DNA from: Dehalococcoidia bacterium
GTDB taxonomy: Bacteria > Chloroflexota > Dehalococcoidia > Lucifugimonadales > CBDEGW01
NCBI GenBank assembly: GCA_965237935.1
Contig: OZ250168.1
Span: forward strand, 946,814 to 1,010,813
DNA length: 64,000 nucleotides
Direction of reading: 5' to 3'
Program-made: the position numbers and the translations under genes
Notes under the pieces: model-generated
What the model was told of the DNA's origin: nothing
Seen by the model: the letters and a program-made list of their open reading frames with translations, nothing else
Database searches by the model: none
Shown here: one piece after another, positions 19,193-27,425 of the stretch
How positions within the stretch are numbered: position 1 is the first letter of the stretch
Layout: every line of letters starts with the position of its first letter

Positions 19193-19762
19193 CTATCCAT
19201 CGGTGTACTCAGCCAAAATAGGTTCAATGCGCCGGATGATATCCCGCCGGAACTGACGAAGGACGCTGAATTGGATCATTACGAAGTCATCGCCTCCATT
19301 TATGACTTCATCTCTGTCAAATGCCATCGGCTCATAGTCTGCTCCCTCGTATGGTTCGGGCAGATCATGCAAGTCCTGGAGTAACCCATCCAGCAGGGCA
19401 TCCTGGTCCTCAGCAATGTCGGCCAGCAACGCATCTAACGCCGCATCGTCCCGTTCCGCCATGGCCGCCAGCGGATCCAGCGTCGCCAAGAGCATGTCCG
19501 CCTCGGTGTCGTCCAGATCAGTGACTATCACTGAGATTTCGGCATCCTGGCCGATCTCATCGGCGCGGAGGTGTCCGTCTACGATCCTGAGGCCGTCAGG
19601 CGTCTCGCGAGTAATCAATACATCGGCGTTGCCCACGCGGTCCCACATGGCACGCAGGGCGTCGCGCTGAGCCTTTGGATGCCTTCGCCAGTTCTTCGGG
19701 TTAGGAATGAGGTCCCCAGCCCGGACATTCCGGAGTTCTTTGATGCGGTTACGGACTGTCAT
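19193..19762 (-). CDS. ParB-N/Srx-like domain protein
   Basis: LIPNPKNWRRHP, IVDGHLR. Confidence 0.8.
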   Translation of the reverse strand: MTVRNRIKELRNVRAGDLIPNPKNWRRHPKAQRDALRAMWDRVGNADVLITRETPDGLRIVDGHLRADEIGQDAEISVIVTDLDDTEADMLLATLDPLAAMAERDDAALDALLADIAEDQDALLDGLLQDLHDLPEPYEGADYEPMAFDRDEVINGGDDFVMIQFSVLRQFRRDIIRRIEPILAEYTDG

Positions 19763-19781
19763 CTTCACTCTCCGTTGCAAC

Positions 19782-19868
19782 AAAAAAACCGCCCCATGTG
19801 CTCCCTAGCACAGAAAGGCGGCTGTCTGGTCGTTCCTAGTCCAGCCTAGCTATGGCGACATTATACCA
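19782..19868 (-). promoter_or_regulatory. Extended -10 promoter plus leader terminator upstream of packaging operon
   Basis: TGGTATAAT at 19868-19860; hairpin CCGCC..TGTGCT..AGCACA..GGCGG followed by T-tract (19821-19782). Confidence 0.65.
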
Positions 19869-19879
19869 CTACTCCTTGT

Positions 19880-20215
19880 TCAGCGCCGCAGCGACAGCCG
19901 TTCGGCAGCCAAACGATTCATGCTGACGCCAGCTTCGGCAGCATCCATCGCAAGGGCGCGATGGGTCTCAGGGGGGACGCGAAGGGTGAGCGTTCCGCTG
20001 TAGCGTCGAGTAGACAGCGGCTCCGGAATCGGGGTGCCATCCTCATGCAAGAGTTTCACGGCGAATGCCACCACATCCCTAATACCTGCGAACGCCTTTT
20101 CCGGGGTGTCGTCTAGGTGGCTTAGCAACGCAAACTCGGTGCACAGCCCGACATACATCTCATCCTCTTCAGACCATATGACTCGGTAGGTATAGCGGTC
20201 TATATGTTCATCCAT
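19880..20215 (-). CDS. hicB: HicB antitoxin
   Basis: YTYRVIWSEEDEMYVGLCTEF...YSGTLTLRVPPETHRALA. Confidence 0.9.
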   Translation of the reverse strand: MDEHIDRYTYRVIWSEEDEMYVGLCTEFALLSHLDDTPEKAFAGIRDVVAFAVKLLHEDGTPIPEPLSTRRYSGTLTLRVPPETHRALAMDAAEAGVSMNRLAAERLSLRR

Positions 20216-20447
20216 CCAGCTCCTCCAACTTGTCGATCGCCTTGAGCACTTGCCGTACCTGGTACGCCTTGGCCATGCCTCTAATGGGCTGGATATTCAC
20301 CAGCGGCTCGCCCTGCCAAGGTGTCTTATAGAACAGGTGACTACCATTTTGCCTCGGCTTCCCAAAGTAGCGGTCGCAAACCTGGCGAAGGTCGTCGAAC
20401 CGGACGTTCCGAGGGTTCCGCCTGATCTTCGCTAGTGCCTTATCCAT
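20208..20447 (-). CDS. hicA: HicA toxin
   Basis: NPRNVRFDDL...GSH...VNIQP..GMAKAYQVRQ. Confidence 0.9.
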   Translation of the reverse strand: MDKALAKIRRNPRNVRFDDLRQVCDRYFGKPRQNGSHLFYKTPWQGEPLVNIQPIRGMAKAYQVRQVLKAIDKLEELDG

Positions 20448-20532
20448 GAGTATATGGTAGCATTAACGCAACCAGTTGTCAAGCATTTGGAGGGTGAATT
20501 GAGGCTTACAGTGCGCCGAGGCAAGCGGCAGC

Positions 20533-20739
20533 TTAGTCCGCTTCCCTAATCGGGACAACGGTTGTATCATCCCCCGCACGTTCGTTCTCTTCTCGCGTCA
20601 GGCGAACGATCACGCCATCTTGGAAATGCACGATGAACCGGCCCCAGACTCGGCGTGTTCTCATATCGTCGATGCGCTGAGATAGCTGCTCAAGTGTGTA
20701 TTGGTGCTGTTCAGCGGTCTTCGTTTCCACAGCTCTCAT
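20533..20739 (-). CDS. DUF2292/YezD-like small protein
   Basis: WGRFIVHFQDGVIVRL resembles the YezD xGSxxIxxQDGxVVxI motif. Confidence 0.5.
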   Translation of the reverse strand: MRAVETKTAEQHQYTLEQLSQRIDDMRTRRVWGRFIVHFQDGVIVRLTREENERAGDDTTVVPIREAD

Positions 20740-20845
20740 TCTACCAAATCACATGTTCTACCAAAAGGCCCGCACCTCATCCGATGTAAGCTTTGGGTGA
20801 ATGGCGCTCAGGAGATGCAGGGGAATAGGGTCGGTCCGCTCTTAG

Positions 20846-22549
20846 CCCGAATCCACCGAAGGACGTCCTTGGGGACAGCCCTTGAAGAAGGCAGAGGGTG
20901 CTCCTCTGAATCTGGGATAATGGTTTTGGAACAGAAACCCGCCCGGAAACAAGGAGCACCCAATAGATGCTGCCACAGAACAAACCCGACCGTATTCGCA
21001 TCCTCTTTGACGACCATCGCCTGGTGGCCAATGCCGGCCTGCTCTTGCCGGCCACCCTAGCCCGGCACCTGGGCCTGCGGGAACTCGTCGACCATCACCT
21101 TGACCTCGGCGGAGCGCCGGGACGGGCGAACACTGGGGACAAGATGCTGACGCTGGTCGCTTCCGCGCTGGCAGGCGGCGACTGCATCGACGACGCCGAT
21201 GCGCTGCGCGCTGGTGGGACGGTCGGTGTTCTAGGCTGCGTGGTCAAGGCGCCATCCACCCTGGGGACCTTCCTGCGCAGCTTCCGGTGGGGGCATGTCC
21301 GTCAACTCGACCGCGTGAGCCGCCAGTTGTTGGCCCGGGCCTGGGCCGCTGGGGCCGGACCCGGCGACTCGCCCCTGACCATCGACCTGGACTCGACCAT
21401 CTGCGAGACCTATGGACTGGCCAAGGAGGGAGCGCGCCACCACGGCTATACCGGCGCCCGCGGCTATCACCCACTGCTGGCCATTGCCGCCGGCACCGGC
21501 GAAGTGCTGATGTCCCGGCTGCGCGAGGGCCGGGCCAACACCGCCCGTGGCGCCGCCCACTTCCTGCGTGAGACGGTGGGGCGGGTGCGCTACGGCGGGG
21601 CCAGGGGACAACTCACGGTGCGGGCCGACAGCGGCTTCTACGCCCACACTGTCGTTGCCGCCTGCCGGGAAATGGATGTCCGCTTCTCTATCACCATCCG
21701 CCAGCGCGCCAGCCTGCGGGACCTGATCGAGGCGATACCAGAGGAGGACTGGACTCCCATTCCCTACTGGATGGACGGTGCCGCCGATGTCGCCGAGACG
21801 ACTTACACCCCGTTCCAGACCAAGCCGGACGCCGCGCCGGTGCGGCTCATTGTCCGGCGGGTGAAGCCGACGCCCGGTTCCCAGCTCGCCCTCTTCGCCA
21901 GATACAGCTATCACGCCTTCATCACCGACCGCGATGGGGAGACGCTGGAACTGGAGGCCGATCATCGCCGCCACGCCGAGGTCGAGAACGCCATACGCGA
22001 CCTCAAGTACGGCGTCGGGCTGAACCACATGCCGTCGGCGCGCTTCGCCGCCAACGGCGCCTGGCTGGCGGTCCAGGTGATGGCGCATAACCTGGCCCGC
22101 TGGACGGCGCGGATTGGTCTGGGCGAGCGGACCGTGATCACCAAGACCCTCAGGCGGCGGGTCTTCGCTCTGGTGGGACGGATCACCCGCTCGGCGCGCC
22201 GCCTCACTTTGCATCTCCCCCGGCGCTGGCCTTGGGAAACCCAGTTCAGTCGCGCCTTGGCCCGGCTGCAAGCCATTCCGTTCCCGGCCTGACGGCCAGC
22301 CTGCAACTGACCCAACGTCCCCGCAATCTCGCGCCACCCCGGTCGCGAGAGTCCCCTGCTGCGTATCCTCTCGCCATCCCGCGCATCGCAACTCCCGCAT
22401 AGGGCCTTAGGGGCCCTGTGCGGCGACTGAAGACCGTCCGCCGGCCTCCCATCTACCCCAAGACCCCAGGCCATCTCCCCTGTAGCTCCCTCACCCACCC
22501 CCTTCCGCTGTCCTCACGCCGTCCATCCGTGTCCTTCGGTGGATTCGGG
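20846..22549 (+). mobile_element. IS1380-family element copy 1 (1704 bp)
   Basis: TIR CCCGAATCCACCGAAGGAC; TSD CTTAG. Confidence 0.92.
20967..22292 (+). CDS. IS1380-family transposase
   Basis: IDLDST, GYHPL, RADSGFY, HRRHAEVENAIRDLK. Confidence 0.95.
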   Translation: MLPQNKPDRIRILFDDHRLVANAGLLLPATLARHLGLRELVDHHLDLGGAPGRANTGDKMLTLVASALAGGDCIDDADALRAGGTVGVLGCVVKAPSTLGTFLRSFRWGHVRQLDRVSRQLLARAWAAGAGPGDSPLTIDLDSTICETYGLAKEGARHHGYTGARGYHPLLAIAAGTGEVLMSRLREGRANTARGAAHFLRETVGRVRYGGARGQLTVRADSGFYAHTVVAACREMDVRFSITIRQRASLRDLIEAIPEEDWTPIPYWMDGAADVAETTYTPFQTKPDAAPVRLIVRRVKPTPGSQLALFARYSYHAFITDRDGETLELEADHRRHAEVENAIRDLKYGVGLNHMPSARFAANGAWLAVQVMAHNLARWTARIGLGERTVITKTLRRRVFALVGRITRSARRLTLHLPRRWPWETQFSRALARLQAIPFPA

Positions 22550-22550
22550 C

Positions 22551-22877
22551 TTAGGAAGCGCGGCTTGCGGGTTTTTCTGCCATCTTCTCGACGGGCTCCA
22601 GACGTAGTCGGAGACCCAGGGCGTGCGCCACTTTGCAGACTGTCGTTAGGGATGGATTTCCGTCCTCGGACAGCGCTTCGTACAGGTTGCCTCGGTTGAG
22701 CCCGGCGTTGCGGGCAATTGTGCTCATGTTCTGAGCACGCGCTATGGCGTTCAGTACCGCGCGAATGACAGTCCCATCGCCTGGGTCCTCGTCGGCGGCA
22801 GCTTCGAGTAGGCGTCGAGCATCCGCCTCGGTCTTAATGTAATCCGTCTCGTTGAATTCCCTATACGCCTTTGCCAT
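22551..22877 (-). CDS. HI1420-type HTH antitoxin
   Basis: FNETDYI...LYEALSEDGNPSLTT; GGGAG RBS. Confidence 0.85.
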   Translation of the reverse strand: MAKAYREFNETDYIKTEADARRLLEAAADEDPGDGTVIRAVLNAIARAQNMSTIARNAGLNRGNLYEALSEDGNPSLTTVCKVAHALGLRLRLEPVEKMAEKPASRAS

Positions 22878-23175
22878 CTTCTCCCTCCCATTCCTTGGCC
22901 ATACGCTTGGCCCGTTCGATGTCGCGCCGTTGGCTGCCCTTCTTACCGCCGCACAGTAGTACGATAACCGTGTCGCCTTCACGTATGAAGTACAGCCGAT
23001 AGCCCGGCCCGCAGTGGATGCGCATCTCAAACACGCCGTCACCGACTGACCGGGAGTCGCCGAAGTGACCCCGCCGGGCAGCTATCAGCCTAACGGTGAT
23101 CCGGTCAACCGCACGCTGGTCTCGAAGCCTTCCGAACCATCGGCTGAATACCTCTGTCTCAACTATCCTGTTAAC
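22861..23175 (-). CDS. RelE/HigB-like toxin; expected start position reads GTT
   Basis: GDSRSVGDGVFEMRIHCGPGYRLYF...LLCGG; the coding strand is minus although the ORF track labels it plus. Confidence 0.8.
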   Translation of the reverse strand, partial: VNRIVETEVFSRWFGRLRDQRAVDRITVRLIAARRGHFGDSRSVGDGVFEMRIHCGPGYRLYFIREGDTVIVLLCGGKKGSQRRDIERAKRMAKEWEGEDGKGV

Positions 23176-23270
23176 ATCTATATTGTACGCTATAGCGGGC
23201 ACTAGGTCAAGGGGTGTGGCATAGTTGAACGGTGTTGACAAATACAGTGCCATGCTGTAGACTAGCAGCC

Positions 23271-23534
23271 ATGAACGACATTCAAGAGCTTCTGGCACAG
23301 CTACGAGAGAGGAAGTGGACCGACGCGGCTGTCGCGGATGAGCTGGGGGTACACCTGGTTACGGTGCAGACCTGGCGTAGTGGGAAGTTCTATCCGAGCA
23401 ACGCAAAACCTGTCGCTTTAGCGCTCAGAGAGCTGCTAAGCCGGAAGAGGATTCCCAAGCAGAAGCGGGGCCGCCGTTACTCAGGCCGAATGCGGACCGT
23501 TGAAGCGCCGCCAGAGAATGACGGGCAAACGTAG
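23271..23534 (+). CDS. Small HTH (Cro/XRE-like) protein, leaderless
   Basis: WTDAAVADELGVHLVTVQTWRSG; TTGACA-17-TAGACT 7 nt upstream. Confidence 0.75.
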   Translation: MNDIQELLAQLRERKWTDAAVADELGVHLVTVQTWRSGKFYPSNAKPVALALRELLSRKRIPKQKRGRRYSGRMRTVEAPPENDGQT

Positions 23535-23684
23535 GAACGAACTACTCGTCTAGATCACTGCCCCAGGGCCAAGGGCAACATATGCTCTTGGTGGAGGCGG
23601 TCGGGCACGCGGCCGGGCCTTAAGCTACATCGACCCCATACTTGCGTCGCGCCCCGGCGGCGGCTTAGCGGGCGGCGATTCGGA

Positions 23685-24218
23685 TCATGGACGGATGTGG
23701 AACGGTCCACGGACCCCTGCGCTGAAGCGCTCAGCCGCCCTTAGCGCCGTCAGGACACGATCACGAGGATTGCCCTGCCCCTGAGTTGCGAACAGCGCAC
23801 CCAAAGCTATGTCCTCTCCGTAGCCAACAGCAGCGAAACTATCCTCTGGCTGCCCAACCTGGTAATCGCTGTCGATGGTGAACAGATGCCCCGAATAACC
23901 GACCAGGAACGTGCCTCCCCGTTCCATCTCTTCCTTCTTGGATGCCCACCCGCCAGACTTGAGGCACTCTCGGACTGCGTTGATGAAGTCCACCACCATG
24001 TACTGGTTGATGTCGTCATCGGGATACCTGCGGGGGGGCTTGAGACTGTAGCGGAGCAACTGCCCCATGCGGAACGACGTGGTGAAGCCCATCAGAAACT
24101 CACCGTTCTGGAAGACCTTCTCGTCAGCCCTGACGGTGAGGCTGAAGCCGGCAACTCCGGCGCTATCTCCTCCGATGTACACAACCCCTTCATGGACTAG
24201 GCCGACTATGCATGTCAT
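23685..24218 (-). CDS. Ntn-hydrolase/proteasome beta-like phage protein
   Basis: MTCIVG...IGGDS...EKVF...AVGYG, with N-terminal Thr. Confidence 0.7.
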   Translation of the reverse strand: MTCIVGLVHEGVVYIGGDSAGVAGFSLTVRADEKVFQNGEFLMGFTTSFRMGQLLRYSLKPPRRYPDDDINQYMVVDFINAVRECLKSGGWASKKEEMERGGTFLVGYSGHLFTIDSDYQVGQPEDSFAAVGYGEDIALGALFATQGQGNPRDRVLTALRAAERFSAGVRGPFHIRP

Positions 24219-24385
24219 TGCACGCCTCTCTCGTCTCCGCAATTAGGAGCCTCGGAGCTTGCCACCGGACTGTCGTCAGGCAGCGGTCGCCTGGGAATCT
24301 CAGGAATCGGCACGTTGTCAGGCCAAGCGGGAGGACCCGCGCTGGCCGATTGCCGTTTCCGCTTGAACCATTCAAAGAGTCTCAC
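24215..24385 (-). CDS. Hypothetical protein (56 aa)
   Basis: GGAGG RBS; overlaps both neighbours by 4 nt. Confidence 0.45.
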   Translation of the reverse strand: MRLFEWFKRKRQSASAGPPAWPDNVPIPEIPRRPLPDDSPVASSEAPNCGDERGVQ

Positions 24386-24729
24386 ATCAACACCTCCAGG
24401 ATTTCGTCCCAATGTCTTGGCCAATACAGGTAATACTCGACGCCCGGACACCCTTCCAAGGCGTCCTTCCAGTCCTTCTGGTTCGGTAGCGCCCGTCCGG
24501 TCCTGGGGCTGTATCGCCGCCTCGTATCCAACCGGCCCTTTTCGCTTTTGAGCTCCATGAAGATGACTCGCGGCGCTCGCACCAGGAGCAGGTCTGGCAC
24601 CCCTGGCTCAGACCGCTGGGGTAGCGTCATGTGACTGACCATCCACCGGAACATCCGGGCGGCCCGGACAACCTGGGCCTGGAACTCCGTCTCGGTTATG
24701 GCAGCGTCGATGACCAAGCGGCCTAGCAT
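24382..24729 (-). CDS. VRR-NUC domain nuclease
   Basis: ETEFQAQV...GVPDL...FMELKSEKGRL...QKDW. Confidence 0.85.
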   Translation of the reverse strand: MLGRLVIDAAITETEFQAQVVRAARMFRWMVSHMTLPQRSEPGVPDLLLVRAPRVIFMELKSEKGRLDTRRRYSPRTGRALPNQKDWKDALEGCPGVEYYLYWPRHWDEILEVLM

Positions 24730-24732
24730 CAG

Positions 24733-25293
24733 CTAGCTCCTCCTCTCCGGCAGCATCCAGGGCCAGCCCAAGAGCCGGAAGACCGTCTCCTCATCAGGGC
24801 ACTCGATCTCGGTACCCCCTTGGTCCGTCACGCCACCGTAGGCATGGCCCCGCATTCCCAGCTCGCGGAATCGGGACATCATGCGAACGTTGAACTCCTT
24901 CGCCCCGGTCCTCACCACGAGGCTCATGCCCCAGTTCTTGGTGGAGGAACTGAACACGTCCACCGGAATGCCGCTGGGCACATGGACCAAGAGCTTGTTG
25001 TGCTCGCCGTAGCTGTACCGCCCCGACTTGTCCGCCCTTTTATTTAGAACCGACCCGTCCGCGACCAGCGCGTCGAGCTTCTTGTTTAGGAAGTACCAGT
25101 TCGTGACCGCTCTGCCGAACAGGTCAGCGGTGCTCGTGACCTTCGAGGCGCAAAGCAACTCGATGTCTTTGACCTGGGGCCGCTTGCGACGGATGGACCC
25201 TGCTACCGCGATCCGCTCACAGTGGGGAGCGAGCAGGCGCACGAGTTGATCCGCCACCTCTGTAGCTAACGCCAGGCCATATCGGTCGTTCAT
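24733..25293 (-). CDS. Minimal DNA polymerase X (Pol beta family) protein
   Basis: AGSIRR...KDIELL, VDVF, RTGAKEFN, EETVFRLLGWPW. Confidence 0.85.
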   Translation of the reverse strand: MNDRYGLALATEVADQLVRLLAPHCERIAVAGSIRRKRPQVKDIELLCASKVTSTADLFGRAVTNWYFLNKKLDALVADGSVLNKRADKSGRYSYGEHNKLLVHVPSGIPVDVFSSSTKNWGMSLVVRTGAKEFNVRMMSRFRELGMRGHAYGGVTDQGGTEIECPDEETVFRLLGWPWMLPERRS

Positions 25294-25578
25294 CTCACTC
25301 TTTTCCCTCGCCGTTTTTTGGTTTCCGTTCGTTAGGGGATATAGGTCATCCCCCCCTCCCCTCCACCCAGACGACCACCCGTCTATTGCCTCTACTCGCT
25401 AAGCGCGAGTTCCCTCTTTTGCTGTACCTTTGAAGGGCCATCAACTATCCCTCCTAACGGTGTCACTCACCGCCCTCATCCAGCCTCGCGGGTTGTCCGC
25501 AGCACGTTGTTTACCCTCGCTCTGTGCGTGCGATGGAGGGGCAGTTCTCGCCCTCCCCCTAGACGGTGGCTCCCTAAG

Positions 25579-27270
25579 CCCGAATCCACCGAAGGACACG
25601 GATGGACGGCGTGAGGACAGCGGAAGGGGGTGGGTGAGGGAGCTACAGGGGAGATGGCCTGGGGTCTTGGGGTAGATGGGAGGCCGGCGGACGGTCTTCA
25701 GTCGCCGCACAGGGCCCCTAAGGCCCTATGCGGGAGTTGCGATGCGCGGGATGGCGAGAGGATACGCAGCAGGGGACTCTCGCGACCGGGGTGGCGCGAG
25801 ATTGCGGGGACGTTGGGTCAGTTGCAGGCTGGCCGTCAGGCCGGGAACGGAATGGCTTGCAGCCGGGCCAAGGCGCGACTGAACTGGGTTTCCCAAGGCC
25901 AGCGCCGGGGGAGATGCAAAGTGAGGCGGCGCGCCGAGCGGGTGATCCGTCCCACCAGAGCGAAGACCCGCCGCCTGAGGGTCTTGGTGATCACGGTCCG
26001 CTCGCCCAGACCAATCCGCGCCGTCCAGCGGGCCAGGTTATGCGCCATCACCTGGACCGCCAGCCAGGCGCCGTTGGCGGCGAAGCGCGCCGACGGCATG
26101 TGGTTCAGCCCGACGCCGTACTTGAGGTCGCGTATGGCGTTCTCGACCTCGGCGTGGCGGCGATGATCGGCCTCCAGTTCCAGCGTCTCCCCATCGCGGT
26201 CGGTGACGAAGGCGTGATAGCTGTATCTGGCGAAGAGGGCGAGCTGGGAACCGGGCGTCGGCTTCACCCGCCGGACAATGAGCCGCACCGGCGCGGCGTC
26301 CGGCTTGGTCTGGAACGGGGTGTAAGTCGTCTCGGCGACATCGGCGGCACCGTCCATCCAGTAGGGAATGGGAGTCCAGTCCTCCTCTGGTATCGCCTCG
26401 ATCAGGTCCCGCAGGCTGGCGCGCTGGCGGATGGTGATAGAGAAGCGGACATCCATTTCCCGGCAGGCGGCAACGACAGTGTGGGCGTAGAAGCCGCTGT
26501 CGGCCCGCCCCCTGGCCCCGCCGTAGCGCACCCGCCCCACCGTCTCACGCAGGAAGTGGGCGGCGCCACGGGCGGTGTTGGCCCGGCCCTCGCGCAGCCG
26601 GGACATCAGCACTTCGCCGGTGCCGGCGGCAATGGCCAGCAGTGGGTGATAGCCGCGGGCGCCGGTATAGCCGTGGTGGCGCGCTCCCTCCTTGGCCAGT
26701 CCATAGGTCTCGCAGATGGTCGAGTCCAGGTCGATGGTCAGGGGCGAGTCGCCGGGTCCGGCCCCAGCGGCCCAGGCCCGGGCCAACAACTGGCGGCTCA
26801 CGCGGTCGAGTTGACGGACATGCCCCCACCGGAAGCTGCGCAGGAAGGTCCCCAGGGTGGATGGCGCCTTGACCACGCAGCCTAGAACACCGACCGTCCC
26901 ACCAGCGCGCAGCGCATCGGCGTCGTCGATGCAGTCGCCGCCTGCCAGCGCGGAAGCGACCAGCGTCAGCATCTTGTCCCCAGTGTTCGCCCGTCCCGGC
27001 GCTCCGCCGAGGTCAAGGTGATGGTCGACGAGTTCCCGCAGGCCCAGGTGCCGGGCTAGGGTGGCCGGCAGGAGCAGGCCGGCATTGGCCACCAGGCGAT
27101 GGTCGTCAAAGAGGATGCGGATACGGTCGGGTTTGTTCTGTGGCAGCATCTATTGGGTGCTCCTTGTTTCCGGGCGGGTTTCTGTTCCAAAACCATTATC
27201 CCAGATTCAGAGGAGCATCCTCTGCCTTCTTCAAGGGCTGTCCCCAAGGACGTCCTTCGGTGGATTCGGG
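25579..27270 (-). mobile_element. IS1380-family element copy 2 (1692 bp, 12-bp internal deletion)
   Basis: Same TIR; TSD CTAAG. Confidence 0.92.
25836..27149 (-). CDS. IS1380 transposase lacking QLTV before RADSGFY
   Basis: 437 aa versus 441 aa in the other two copies. Confidence 0.9.
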   Translation of the reverse strand: MLPQNKPDRIRILFDDHRLVANAGLLLPATLARHLGLRELVDHHLDLGGAPGRANTGDKMLTLVASALAGGDCIDDADALRAGGTVGVLGCVVKAPSTLGTFLRSFRWGHVRQLDRVSRQLLARAWAAGAGPGDSPLTIDLDSTICETYGLAKEGARHHGYTGARGYHPLLAIAAGTGEVLMSRLREGRANTARGAAHFLRETVGRVRYGGARGRADSGFYAHTVVAACREMDVRFSITIRQRASLRDLIEAIPEEDWTPIPYWMDGAADVAETTYTPFQTKPDAAPVRLIVRRVKPTPGSQLALFARYSYHAFVTDRDGETLELEADHRRHAEVENAIRDLKYGVGLNHMPSARFAANGAWLAVQVMAHNLARWTARIGLGERTVITKTLRRRVFALVGRITRSARRLTLHLPRRWPWETQFSRALARLQAIPFPA

Positions 27271-27425
27271 CTAAGACAGGGAGCATGTAGGCGGTCTCGC
27301 CGGCTGGACAGAGTATCGGGAGGGCCGCCATTGATGTGCTTGGCCTTGCGGTAACAGAAGCTAGCTACCCTCCTTCAACGCCTGGTAATAGAACGTCGAT
27401 ATGAAGTCCTCTAGGGATACAGGCA

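Larger units (their letters stand above)
18079..19200 (-). pseudogene. C5 DNA methyltransferase alpha chain, interrupted by two tandem MITEs
   Basis: DLFSGIGG, GGFPCQD, IVENV, HVRDRVW, LGNAVVPQ; removal restores QDLAEVGYDAEW. Confidence 0.9.

Noticed and set aside
21231-22400. Long antisense ORFs over IS1380 copies, hsdM, portal and sheath
   Set aside because: Shadow frames expected in GC-rich coding DNA; no recognisable motifs.
23589-23656. tRNA/tmRNA-like sequence ending CGCCTCCACCA on the minus strand
   Set aside because: Only a partial acceptor stem; no TTCG T-loop or D-arm; about 68 nt. At best a remnant.
22550-25578. Already-inverted segment between IS1380 copies 1 and 2
   Set aside because: The TSDs are uninformative (reverse complements), but gene orientation matches the prophage and the copy 2 flanks rebuild a hairpin.
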